Under the pieces are notes generated by a model. It saw nothing but the letters and a program-made list of their open reading frames with translations. It did not search any database and was not told where the DNA came from. Source: Eledone cirrhosa (Eukaryota). Taken from it: DNA of 64,000 bases. The stretch covers positions 363,258,001-363,322,000 of the forward strand of contig OZ024741.1 in the NCBI GenBank assembly GCA_964016885.1. The letters are read 5' to 3'. The position numbers were made by a program, and so were the translations under genes. Shown one piece after another: positions 49,433 through 61,624 of this stretch (position 1 is its first letter; each line of letters begins with the position of its first letter).

Positions 49433-49552
49433 ACTCTGTTTCTACCAGTGAATGCTTTAGACTAATTTCTTTTAGTACCCCCTGCCCCCTATAACATTTT
49501 GATATAAACTTCCTTTTCATTAAATAATAATTGATTCACTCTTACCTATTTG

Positions 49553-49790
49553 TGAAGGCACGCAATCTAGTAGGGAGTTGGGCTTATGATCTTAAATATC
49601 ATGGGTTCAGTTCCTGGATCAGGTGGTGCATGATTTTGTTGAGCAAGACACTTTATTTCACAGTGCTCCAGTCAACTCAGCTGAAAATGAGTACTGGCAG
49701 CTGCTGGGGGTTAACTCTGCGATGGACTGTCTGGTAAGAAGTATTCTACTCTCTCACTCTGGCTTCATGAGCCGAGCTTGGGGCAGACTT
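49553..49790 (+). mobile_element. Decayed tRNA/CORE-like SINE
   Basis: TTGAGCAAGACACTTTATTTCAC..TGCTCCAGTCAACTCAGCTG matches the core of the 8307-8663 SINE. Confidence 0.6.
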
Positions 49791-51869
49791 TAACCTTTTC
49801 TATCTAACCTGTTTGTTTTTTTTTTGTTTTTTTTTTCTTTTGTAATTTATTTCTATTGAAATTTCATTGAATCATTTATCAATTTATTTCATATTCATTT
49901 TTTTCATGTCTTCATCAAATCCACATATTTAAAATAAATTACATGCTATTTATTCAAATATTCTAAAACAATTCACCATCAGTCTTTTTTAAATTTTATT
50001 TTCAACTAAAGCCAGAAATCAAGTTTAGCACCAATTTTTTTTAAATTCAGTAGTTGAAAAACAAACAAACAAAAAAAAAAATGGAAATAATAATAAAAAA
50101 GACACATTTTCCCCCCTCCTTTTTTTTTAAATTCACATAATCATATTTTTGTCTCTGATTCTCTTGTGATTCCTCTGTTCTGTTGTGAATGAAGGAAATG
50201 GTACAACTTGTATTAGACCACTGGCTCTGCCGCCTCTGAAATAGTTGGCAATGGAAAGACATTTAACAATTTGGTAACATATCATTGGCTGTGGTACTCT
50301 CTTAGAGAGTTTTTTTTTTTAATTAAATGTTTTTTTTTCTCAACTGATTTAAATTTTATTTTCATTTTTATTTTTCTTTATTCTTTTCCACCAAAGCAAA
50401 TTTTGATAGAATAAATGTAGCTCTTTTTAAAAAGAAAAAAAAAAAGACTTTTGGCTTGTTTCTTGTAATTTTTCTCCATGCATTATATTCATTGTGTCTC
50501 TGTGTATTTTTATAATCTTTTACATTTGTTTCAGTAACATAAGTAGAAATGAACTAAAATAGATTGCAAATGAGTACCAGTGGCAGCTGGGGGTTAAGCC
50601 TTACAACAGGCTGGTGTCATGTTCAGTGGGGATGGTCTTGTAATCAGTTACTTAATGTCTTTGAAACCAGTATAACCTCTGAGTTTCATCCAACTCTGAT
50701 GTAGGCATGGAAAAACATGTAAAAGAGCTACTCTAAATCTAACAATAACACTTTCCGTGTTGGCATGGGTTTGACTTGTCACATGATAGTGTCTCATTTG
50801 AACATTACATTTTAGCATAGTTTCTATATCCTAATATCAACTACTTTAGAGTGTACTGGACACATTTTATATTATAACCTAGATGAGAGAAGGGACGGTT
50901 CCCATGACCTTTGCACATGTATACATACTTCTTTGACTGGTGTAATTGGTTTTATTGATATTTACTTTGAACACCTGTAGATTAATGTCTTTAGGAAAAA
51001 TGTGGATGAGTAGGAAATTTTAATGAGCTGCAGGTCTGGGGAGCAATTGTTTCTTTATTCATATTTCTAATGAAAGATACTGTTATGGTTTTCAAATCCT
51101 TTTGAAAATAATAAAGAATTTGGAGGTGAATTAGTAATATAACTAACTTTCTCATTATTAAGCTGGTGTTTGAAGTATAACTTAACAAAGATTCTTACTT
51201 AAAATTATGACAGAAGGTCATAAGATAAATATAAACACTTTAAAATAAAGAGACTTGTGTTGTAGGAGCAAGTATTATCTTACATGTAAGATACAGTAAG
51301 CATGACAAGAGAGGGATAGCCAGCTTGGAGAGAGGAAAATGGTCATTGAAGAAGAGAAGAAATAACATGTTTGTGAGCTGGTCAGGTTGTAGCATGTGAT
51401 TGTAACTCAATCAATTATTACCTTCTATTTTTTGGATGCTGTCTGATGTTTGTGTGCCTGTATATAGCAACAGCGCTCTCAATATATGTAAGCAATATAC
51501 TCCAGTGTGGGTCTTTCTTAAGTTTTGTAGATGATCAGTTACTGACTGGGAGGAATTAGCCCCTTTTGATACCAACCTGCTCTCTGTAAAATGCATTGCT
51601 GCAAATTTTCAATTAAAAATATGCATTATTAAGAAAATTAATGGAAAACAAAATGATAGTGTTGGTGATGGGTGCTAAACTGTATTTATATTGATAATGA
51701 TTATGACATTGCGAGATATCCTTCTGAGGAACATATGACAGTTGAGAGTGATATTTCTGAAAGAGCTAGAAAAATTCCAGTGGCACTTAGAAGGAAATCT
51801 GACATAACCTTACTTGGCCATGTGGTCTATAGTACAACCATGATGCAATTTTGATGGAACAAAACTATG

Positions 51870-52530
51870 TTCTTCGCCCACTTATTCCTGAGAGGGCCAT
51901 GGAGGCAGAATGTTCAAACACTCCTTCCAGCGGGTCCTGTCAGAAGCAACCGTCTCCAATTGATCCGGCTTGATCCCCAAACGTAATCAGCCAAACTCAT
52001 GGATGTTATCCAACCATCTTTCTTGGGGTCAAGCCCTGGGTCTCCAGCTGGTTGGTTTTGCCAGTAAAATCTGTCCAGTGATTCTTTCCTGAGACATTCT
52101 AACCACATGCCCATAGTATTGGAGAAGTAGCAACTCTACCTGGAGTTACTCACTGATCTCTGAGCTATGCACTTTATCAAGTAACGTTATTCCAAAGACC
52201 CTTCGGAGGAATCCCATTTCAGCTGCTTGAATTCTTTTGGTCATTATCCAAGATTCATGACCATAGTTAAGAGTTGGCATGAATACCGAATTGAAGATAG
52301 TGGGTTTAGCTTTTAGGCCTACCTCCCTTCTGATTACCAAATGCTGAAGCCAGCACATTACTGCACCAGCTCCTGCAGTTCTTGCACTTAATTCAGCCTC
52401 CTGTCTTCCATCACTCACGAACATGGCCTTGAGATATTTGAACTTCTCTACTTGCTTCAGTGCAACTCCATTCACATGTAGAGTGCACTGTGCAGGCTTC
52501 CTTGAGAGGACGAGTGTCTTAGTTTTCTAA
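51870..52530 (-). mobile_element. Decayed RTE LINE 3' fragment
   Basis: LKQVEKFKYL, LNYGHESW, RIQAAEMGFLRRVFGITLLDKV. Confidence 0.8.
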
Positions 52531-52899
52531 CCCGGCTGCGCATGTCAATCCTGTTCTATTTAAAAAATTTTCCTCTTTAATTGAAATCAGTTAACATAAT
52601 TTTATATAATAACCTTTTGCTAAGTTATAAATGAATACCATCTTAATGAAATAATTAATCATTTTAGTAAACCCTTCTGATTCCTTTGTTAATTAATTCA
52701 AATATAGTGTATTTTATTAGAACTAGACGAAGGCAACATCGTCTTCTCCCTTTTCCTGTCACACACACATTCTCTCTCTAAACAAATGGTGTTCCCTTTC
52801 TCTCTCTGTATAAATCTCTTTCACTTGACACGCGTCCATTATATAAAGGCAACATCATGACTTTCTATCTATCTATCACCTGGGCCTTGCAACACGAAA

Positions 52900-55800
52900 G
52901 GTACACCTGGACCCGGAGGGTCGACTGGTGCTTCTAGACGTAGGCAGTAGTGAAGGTGGAGCCTTCAGGCTGGTGGCAGCGTATGCCCCATCTGGGACAC
53001 CGTGACTGGACTTCTTCCAACGCCTAGAGACTTTTCTGGGAACGTCTCGCTCCTTGCTTTTAGTGGGGGACTGGAATGGTATCCTGGATGCACATTGGGA
53101 CTATGTAGGGGCATGTCCCGATAGAAGGGGGTGTAACAGCCTCAAACGGTTAATCGGCCGATAGATATCGACTAGATTTTCCGACTGTGCCACTGTGGAT
53201 GTGGACTAATCGCAGCGGAACATCTAGGTCGTACCTAGATAGAGTCCTAGTTAGAAATAAGGATAGGGACATATTAAGCTGTCCACGAATGTTCATGGTT
53301 GACTATTCGGATCACAAGTTGGTGACCGGAGTGGTCAACCTTGATAGAACCCATAAACAAGGGCCCGGTTACTGGAAGCTAAACTTGTCCTTACCGACAA
53401 ACAAAGCTTACAGTAAGCGGATTAGTTATCTAGTTAAGCAGCGGTTGACGAAGGCAATTGTCAACAGCAGGTGGTGGGGCTCTCTCAGAGAAATTGGAAT
53501 AGAATCGATAGGTTTTAGTCAGGAATTAGCATCAGATAGGAATAGAACTGAAAGGCAATTGATAGATAGAGAAGAGGCGATTAGGAGGGGCAATGTGGCC
53601 GGCATGCTGGCGTCAAGAACGGCCCTAGATCAGTTCTTTGACGCGAAGCACGAGGGCTGTGTTGTCAGGAGTAAAATACGTGCTCTGGGTAACAAGGGAA
53701 CCAAAGCTGTTAGCTGGGCCCGAGTGACAGAGGCAAAAAGTGGAAACAAGTTTACAATTCGGTCTTTGAAGGATCAGGATGGACACGTGATCCTTGAACC
53801 TGAGCGGATGTGCGCGGCCTTTCAACAGCGCTTTGTATGACTGTTCGGGAGGGGCGGTGGGTCGGGTGATTTCGGTCCATACCTCGACAGTCTGCCGCGG
53901 CTCTTGGAGGGGGAGGCTAAGTCCTACGAAAGGCCGATTTCAGCCGCTGAAATAGGGTAAGCGCTGAGCCTATGCGGCAAACGCAAATCTCCCGGTCTCG
54001 ATGGTCTACCATACAAACTTTATGTAGCGATGCCGGACTTGTTCTCTGATCTCCTCGAGGCGGTCTACTGCAACTGGCAACAGAATGGGAAAATTCCCAG
54101 TTCTGTGACCAAGGGCTTAGTCACGCTGGTGAGGAAGGACGAGGACAAGGGGGATGACATAGATAACTCTGCTAAACACAGAGTTAAAGATTTTGACCAA
54201 GGTGTTAGCGAAGAGGTTGGCGCTTGTCGTCGGGAACCTGGTAGGAAAAGCGCAGACATGCGCAATCCCGTCCAGGTCCATACACGACAACCTCCACCTC
54301 ATGTGATACATCGTAGAGAGGGTAGGGAACGAACCCGGCTTTGGTGGGGCTCTGATCAACTTGGATCAATCTAAGGCGTTCGATAGGGTCGACTATCGGT
54401 ACCTGGATGCGGTGCTCGCGGCGGCAAGCTTCAGACTCGTTTCCAGGGGCTGGATTGCTGCAATGTACAGCAGCAACACCTGCTCGAGGGTCAAGGTGAA
54501 CGGCTACCTCTTGGAGTCGTTCAAAATCGTGGGATCCATCCGACGGATGCCCTCTCTCCTTCCTTCTGTATGTGCTTGCTCTCGAGCCACTACTGCGGAA
54601 GTTGGAGCTGTTGCAGGGAATCCCCTTGGAACCGGGATTGCGGAATCGGTGTCGGCCTAGCTGATGACGTGACAGTAATGGTGTCGTGTGCCTCGGAAAT
54701 CGGGCAGATCTGCACCTTACTGGAGGAATACGAAAGGTTTACAGGAGCCAAGCTGAACCGGGACAAGTCCGTCGGTTTGCAACTCGAAACATGGAGAAGC
54801 AAACCGATGCCCTCCGACTGCGTCGTCGGACGCTGGATGGAGGGACCGGTGAAGCTGATCTGGTTTGGACCGGACCTCCAGGTGGAGAAAATCTGGGATG
54901 AAGTAACGGGCAGGGTGTTTGCACTCGCCCAGAAGTGGGCCGAGTGCAAACTATCTCTGAAAGGTCGAGCGGAGGTGGCAAACACTTATATAGCATCTGT
55001 CATCTACTACTGCTTGACCGTCGTGCTTTGCCCAGCGAAAACGCTCGCCAAAATGGAGCGCGCACTCTTCCAATTCCTTTGGAAGAAGCGGGCCCCTTTG
55101 GTGAGAAGATCCATCTGCTGTCAACACCCTTTGAACGGAGGGCTGGGGATGCCATGGCTGACGATGCGTAGACACGCATTAAGGCTACGGCACCTCCAGG
55201 TTTTCCTCACTGGTCATCCTGTGTGGGCCCCTTTTGTGAGGTGAGCCTTTCCGAGACTCGTCTCACTCACCGAGCTGCAATCCTGGGTCAAGCAAAGACC
55301 GAGAAAAGTGGGCGACTGGCACATTGAATGTACCCAGGCGCTCACGGTCCTCTGGCAAGCGGATCCGGCAATCAGTGGAGACTCAACCTCAACATTCTAT
55401 AGAGGGTTGGTGCGCAGCAAGTGCGACAACGTTTTCGGAGAGGCTCTGGGCATGGAGGAAGACGATCTAGGACGTTTGGCCCGTGACCGATGGACAACAT
55501 CCAAAAGTCCCTGGCCTGGCAGTGCTACCGAGGAGCTCTACCCGTCTGGGACAAGCTCTACAGACACGGGCACCCGAGTAGGGACCCCTCGAAGAAGATC
55601 TGTCCAAGATGCGTGCATGACAAGGAAACCGTCGCGCACGCATTCGTACACTCCCCGGGCGTTGCTGACCTGTGGGGCTATGTGGAACGACTACTGTCAC
55701 GGGTGGGACCAATCCGGTTGACCACCAAGTACATTGTCACGATCAAACCGCCTCCCCCCCCTTCAAAAACGAAGGAGAGGCGGTTTTCCTCTGTGTGATA

Positions 55801-55900
55801 GCTATGGCGAAAGAGGTTGAAAGGGCTGAGGTAGACACTTTTCTCTCCGGCCAACAATTGGTCCTTTTTTTTCAACTACCATTTTAGAAGAAGTTTTATG
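52900..55900 (+). mobile_element. Decayed L1/Tx1-clade LINE ORF2
   Basis: Endonuclease (YLDRVLV, SDHKLV, GPGYWKLN), RT (KSPGLDGLPY, DQSKAFDRVD, ADDVT), GGLGMP, and a C-terminal CPRC..ETVAHAF knuckle; many stops and frameshifts. Confidence 0.88.
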
Positions 55901-55966
55901 AAAGGTTCGATGAAGAGTTCAATTCCTGGACCAGACGATGCGTTATGTCCTTGAGCAAGACACTTT

Positions 55967-56470
55967 ATCTAAAACAGAGAATGTCTGTCTGTCTGTCAGC
56001 TCACTAAAACTTGAGAACCATCCAACCGATTGTTTTCAAACTTTAGACATGTAATACTTATGGTCCTGTGAGTGTTTTGAGCAAAAATTATTTCAAATTT
56101 TCAATGCCCTAGGGACCGCATTAGGCGATTTAGCGTTCTCTCTATATAATTCTTAGTCTTTCTTTTTAGATAGATACATAGATATAACGTTGCGCCCTTA
56201 TAATATCTGTCTGTATGTCTGGCTGTCTGCATTATGTCATTATGACGCGCTCAGCGCGATTCCCTCGGCCTCAGTGACCAAAGTTAGTGGAGAGGGGAAG
56301 GTAATGTTTCTGTAGCACGTGTTTTAGCGTCTATTCACTCTCTCTCTCTCCCTCTCTCCCTCCCGCTATCCCCCTCTCGTAGTCTGTCTCTTTCTTTCAC
56401 TCTCACTCTCTCTCTACGCACGTGTTTCCACTGTCGGACAGACAGACAGAGAAATTGCTGGTTATATATA
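55967..56470. mobile_element. Possible non-autonomous Helitron-like fragments
   Basis: ATCTA-starting ends followed by (CTGT)n on both strands, plus AACCGATTGTTTTCAAACT; based on pattern resemblance only. Confidence 0.35.
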
Positions 56471-56629
56471 TAAGTAGATTATAATAATAATTGTTTCTAC
56501 TTTAGGCACAAGGCCAGCAATTACCCAGTGCATTAGTGCTCAGGTGCACTACAACTCATCAAAGGTGCATGTATAGTACATAGAATAATGTACAAATGTC
56601 AGGAAAATGAACAGTGTATGAGTCATGAT

Positions 56630-58350
56630 ATAATAATAATAATAATAATAATAATGAAATATTGTGTACAGTGCCCAGGTGCACCACAACTCATCAAAAA
56701 GTGCATGTACAGTACATAGGGCAATGCACAAACATCAGGAAAATGAACAGTGCACGAGTCATGATACACACGTGTGCATGTGTATGGAAGGGGTACATCA
56801 GGTGTAGTTTTGGCGTATTTCGGGAAGCATGAGTGTCTTAAAGGATGCAGTGTCTCGGCAGTTAACAACTGACGCAGGCAGTTTGTTCCATGCTTCAGCA
56901 ACTCTGAGCGTGAAAAAATGTCTACGAAAGTCATGGGAGCTGTGCTGTTTTCTGATTTTGTAGGCATGTCCACGTGTGTTAGACACATGGAGACCAAAAA
57001 GGTGCTCAGGGTTGCAATTGGCGAGATGGTTAATAACTTTGTGGGTATTTACCAAGTCCATTGCCAGACGTCGGAGCTTCAATGAATCCATGCCCAGGGA
57101 AGCAAGGCGTTCAGAGTATGGTAGGTGTCTGATGGAGGGTATGCGCTTGGTTTGCACGTCTCTGAACAGTTTCCAGGAGGTCAATGTTCTGAGCAAGATA
57201 GAGGTTCCAGACTGATGATGCGAATTCCAAGTGTGGTCGTACCATAGCTGTATACAGCTTTAAATAGATAGCTGGAGAGCGGCTGACAAAGGTCTTGCTG
57301 AGTGATGCCAAGACACCCTCGGCCTTCTTGACAATCTTAGAGACGTGCTTTGTCCAACGCAAATCGCTGCTGACAGTAATGCCCAGGCCACGTTCACAAG
57401 AGGACTTCTTGATATCAGTGTTGTGGAGGGAGTATGTGGACGCTGGATTTTTCCTCCCAAAATGCATGGTGGTACACTTGTCCACAGCCAGCTTCAGTTG
57501 CCAGTCTGTGATCCATTGCTGCATTGTGTCCAGGTCTGATTGTAGGAAAGAGTTGTAGATTTCAGGATCAGTCCTTTTGATTTCAAGGTACAGCTTGATG
57601 TCATCTGCATATTTCAGTACCATGGCATTCTGTAAGTTGGCATCTATGTCATTAATATATGCCACAAACAAAAGGGGACCAAGAACAGATCCCTGTGGTA
57701 CACCAGATGACATCTCATATGGTGAAGAATGCTGTCCTAGAACCGTGACTACTTCTTTTCGGCTGAGAATGAAGGATTTCAACCAGTCGAAAAGATCATC
57801 CCTCACACCCATTGCAGAGAGTTTTGCCATAAGTCTTTTGTGTGGCACAGAATTAAAAGCCTTAGCAAAGTCAAGGTAAACAACATCCACCCATGAGCCG
57901 CTGTCAGTGATCTGGGTGATGTCTTCAAGGAACTCGATAAGCTGATCACAGCAGCTGGAGTTAGGGATAAATCCAAACTGTGAGGGCCGGATGAGGCTGT
58001 GAGAGCTCCAGAAGTTCCAAAGTGTTTCTCTGACACAGGATTCCATCAGTTTGGCCATACAGCTAGTAAGACTGACTGGACGATAGTTGACAGGTGACAT
58101 GCGGGTGCCCTTTTTGAACAGGGGAATGACACTGGCAGTTTTCCACTGCTCCGGAGTAGCACCATTGTTGAGACAGTATTGAAAGAAGAAAGAAAGCTGG
58201 TGCAAAAGGAAATACCCGCCACGTTTGAGGAGCAGGTATGTAACACCATCAAGACCAGGGGAGGCATAGTTGCGCTTATTCTTAAGGTGACGTCGCAACA
58301 TTGCAGGTGTAAATTCCATAGTTGTTATGGAATTTGATGTTAGAGATGGT
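56630..58350 (-). mobile_element. CR1-group LINE, 5'-truncated, with (ATT)n tail
   Basis: ORF 57111-58319 has RT motifs (SPGLDG, NYRPVSLTS, QFGF, YLDFAKAF, SGVPQGSVLGPLLF, YADD) and frameshifts into 56798-57196 (YSERL..L.SL..RR, TRGH, FFTLRV..WNKLP). Confidence 0.9.
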
Positions 58351-58797
58351 GGAGATTCTGGGTTGATTCACACTCCATCATCTTTAATGCGTTCCTGGGT
58401 CGGGTTTTGTCCTCTACATGCTTTCTCCTACACATCAAGGCTTTATTTGTTGTCATATGCAATAAGATATGTCCACCCCTACACAGATGATACTAACATA
58501 TTTTTCATTAACCTTCTACATTCAAGCATTATCTATTAGCAACCTAGAGACTGCACACCAAATTTGTAAATTCCATTATCAGACTTCAAAATCTTTCTTT
58601 AATGGAGTCATACTTATGTTTTCTTTAACATTACAATGACACAATCACTACTCATATCAAGAAAACATTATCATACACACAGATCGACCCTAAGCATTAT
58701 CAGCATCCATCTAGAACCCTCAAGATCACTATAAATGCTAGGTTTTTCTCCTGGTGAAGACCTCTCAACATAGTCAAAATTGTATCACGATGGCACT

Positions 58798-59210
58798 AGT
58801 TTAGTGCTCCACACCACTACTTTGTTATCCTCACAACTTTCTTAATAGTGCATATTTCTTAATGAAAATTTGCAGAACGTTTTTCACGAAATAGATAACG
58901 ATTATGTTGATAAAATATAATACATTTATTATTGTATTGTTCCGTTCGTAAATGCTTTCATTTACTTTTGGTTTTTGTGTAATAGATTAAATGTAAACTT
59001 CGAAATTTTTCGCCGTGCCCTCTAATTTCATATTGATAATAAATAATACCAATTAAGACTACAATATAAATTGCGAAAAAAAAAATGATTTTTATCTAAC
59101 TATTTTTATTTTATCAACATAATTGTAACTTTGCAAAATTTTATTTTAAAATACACACTATTAAGAAAGTCACAAGGAAACAAATTCAAGCGGGGAGAGG
59201 GCACTAAACT
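58798..59210. mobile_element. MITE with long imperfect TIRs upstream of DDX31
   Basis: Inverted matches at 58798-58807/59201-59210, 58836-58850/59156-59170 and 58901-58917/59107-59123. Confidence 0.65.
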
Positions 59211-59359
59211 GTAGTATAATTACTATCTTTTAATTAGCCACAGAATTAATAATGTAATACAATTATTTGATTGCATGGTTGCCACAATTCTTAAATCATT
59301 TTCACCGAATTTGAATGTTTTCCTTTGTCAATTCAGTAAGATGTTCTCTAAATATATGG

Positions 59360-59539
59360 TGTAGATGTGACGCTTAAATTGCCATAGAATCGTTAATGAA
59401 ACAAATGGCAACAAGCCGGAATCGAACTTGCATCAGATGACGAAGTTATTCATTTGTACATAGCGTTATGCTGTAGTAAGCGGAAGTCAATGTTACCAAG
59501 GGCAGACCACTCTAAAATATCGTACCGCACGTGTTCAAT
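59360..59539 (+). promoter_or_regulatory. Likely DDX31 proximal promoter / 5' UTR
   Basis: Locally CpG-richer, ETS-type CGGAAGT at 59481-59487, TGACG half-sites, immediately upstream of the ATG. Confidence 0.4.
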
Positions 59540-61624
59540 ATGGCTGACGAAGATTTACTTTTAAATGTTTACGTCTCTAAAAATGATTTTGATTCAGTAA
59601 CAGATAAAATTAAAGGTAAATCAATATCAGAAAAGCATAAAGGTAAGAGATTTGCTCAGTTTAAAGGAAACCAAAACTCATCTACAGGAAAATACGACGA
59701 ACATATTGATTCAATTGAATCGATAGCTACTGCAATAAGTAAGAACTCAGTAAAATCACGGAAAAGAAAGGCTGAAAGCCAATCATCAACGCATTCTGAG
59801 AAGAAACCGAAAACTGGTGCTGTTCATTTTTCTTCTCTTTTCAATTCTAATCCTGAAATTCCAACGATAAATACTGAACTTGTACAATCTGTTAAAGAAG
59901 ACCTTTTTTCTAAAGAATCCTTCGAAAGTCTCTCCTTAAGTCCGTACATATTACAAAGTTTACGGAATGATTTCCAGTTCAGTAAGATGACAACTGTCCA
60001 ACAGTTAACTATACCACTAATTCTAGAGGGAAAAGATGTTTTAGTCAAATCTCATACAGGTACAGGTAAGACGTTATCTTATGCCATTCCAATTGTACAA
60101 ACTCTTCAGGCCAAAGAGCCGCAACTGAAACGGAGTGATGGAGTTCATGCAATCGTTATTGTGCCTACGAGAGAACTCGCCTTACAGAGTTTCAAAACTT
60201 TCCAGAAACTTGTCAACACCTGCCATTGGCTTGTTCCAGGTTGTATTATTGGTGGTGAGAAAAGGAAATCCGAGAAAGCTCGATTTCGGAAAGGAATTAC
60301 CATCTTGGTAGGTACCCCTGGCCGGCTAACTGATCATTTACTCCATACAAAATGTTTAGAGACGAACCACGTACAATATCTTGTCATTGATGAAGCAGAT
60401 CGCTTACATGATATGGGTTTCGAAAAAGAAGTACAACTCATTATTAGTATCCTGAATAAATCAACTCCAAAGAGACAAACTATTTTGTTGTCTGCAACTC
60501 TCACTGAAGGTGTAGAGAAATTAGCTGGAATGTCACTCAAACTCCCTGAAAGAATCGATGCTTCCAAAGAGCACATAGAAAATGATTCTCTTCTCAAAGA
60601 AGGGGACAGTTTATTTTCCGTTCCTGAGAAGTTGAATCAGCATTTTATGATTGTTCCTTGTAAATTGCGTTTGGTTTCTCTTATTGGTTTTATTGCCTCT
60701 AAATGTGTAAATTCAAACCAAAAATCTAAAATTATGGTATTTTTATCAACACAAGATTCAGTTGAGTTTCATTTCAAATTGTTTACTGAAATTTTCCAGT
60801 TGAAGGATAAAAATTCAAAAACTGTGGCTGACTACATTGAAAAAAAATTTAAAAAGAAAAATTCTTCACTGGTGAAGTTTTACAAACTCCATGGAAACAT
60901 GTCTCAAAAAGATCGCACGAACAATTTTACAAAATATTCATCATCAAATTGTGGTGTTCTGTTGTGTACTGATGTTGCTGCTAGGGGCCTTGACCTAGCA
61001 CATGTGAGATGGATTGTACAATACACCTCACCAGGTGAAACTAAAGAATATATACATCGTATTGGCCGAACAGCAAGAGCTGGTGCACGAGGAAATTCTC
61101 TCCTCTTCCTTATGCCTTCAGAGACAGCATATATTAAAGCACTTAACAAGATGAAAATTAATCTTGTGGAAATATATATTAAAAACATATTGAGCGATCT
61201 TTTGCTACTATTAGACCAATTACCTAAAATTCAAAACAATGGAAGATCACGGTGCACTTATGAAGAAGCTGCTTCTTGTTTTCAGATGTATATTGAAAAT
61301 TTCACATACAATTCTGATAAAATGCTTGATCTTGCCAAAAAAGCATTCCAGTCTTTTGTACGGTCATACTCAACCTACCCTAAAGCTTTGAAGGACATTT
61401 TTCATCTAAAATTCCTTCATATTGGACATATAGCAAAAAGTTTTGGTCTCAGGGATGCCCCAAGTAAACTAGGAAATAATTCTTTGAATAAACATTTTAA
61501 GTTTAGTAAACATAACCAAAAGAAGTCTAATTTTAAAAATAATTCTAAATTGCAGTTTAACAAAGAAACTGCAACTAAAAGAAAATCTATTTCTATGTCC
61601 GAATTTGCCAGTGGACTAGATTAG
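59540..61624 (+). CDS. DDX31: DEAD-box RNA helicase DDX31/Dbp7 (ribosome biogenesis), single coding exon, 694 aa
   Basis: Q motif (FSKMTTVQ), SHTGTGKT, PTRELA, DDX31-type GGEKRKSEKARFRKG, TPGRL, DEAD, SAT, TDVAARGLD, HRIGRTAR, and C-terminal FQSFVRSYSTYP..IFH...LHIGHIAKSFGLRDAP and SEFASG. First ATG at 59540; AATAAA at 61912 and 61941. Confidence 0.93.
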   Translation: MADEDLLLNVYVSKNDFDSVTDKIKGKSISEKHKGKRFAQFKGNQNSSTGKYDEHIDSIESIATAISKNSVKSRKRKAESQSSTHSEKKPKTGAVHFSSLFNSNPEIPTINTELVQSVKEDLFSKESFESLSLSPYILQSLRNDFQFSKMTTVQQLTIPLILEGKDVLVKSHTGTGKTLSYAIPIVQTLQAKEPQLKRSDGVHAIVIVPTRELALQSFKTFQKLVNTCHWLVPGCIIGGEKRKSEKARFRKGITILVGTPGRLTDHLLHTKCLETNHVQYLVIDEADRLHDMGFEKEVQLIISILNKSTPKRQTILLSATLTEGVEKLAGMSLKLPERIDASKEHIENDSLLKEGDSLFSVPEKLNQHFMIVPCKLRLVSLIGFIASKCVNSNQKSKIMVFLSTQDSVEFHFKLFTEIFQLKDKNSKTVADYIEKKFKKKNSSLVKFYKLHGNMSQKDRTNNFTKYSSSNCGVLLCTDVAARGLDLAHVRWIVQYTSPGETKEYIHRIGRTARAGARGNSLLFLMPSETAYIKALNKMKINLVEIYIKNILSDLLLLLDQLPKIQNNGRSRCTYEEAASCFQMYIENFTYNSDKMLDLAKKAFQSFVRSYSTYPKALKDIFHLKFLHIGHIAKSFGLRDAPSKLGNNSLNKHFKFSKHNQKKSNFKNNSKLQFNKETATKRKSISMSEFASGLD

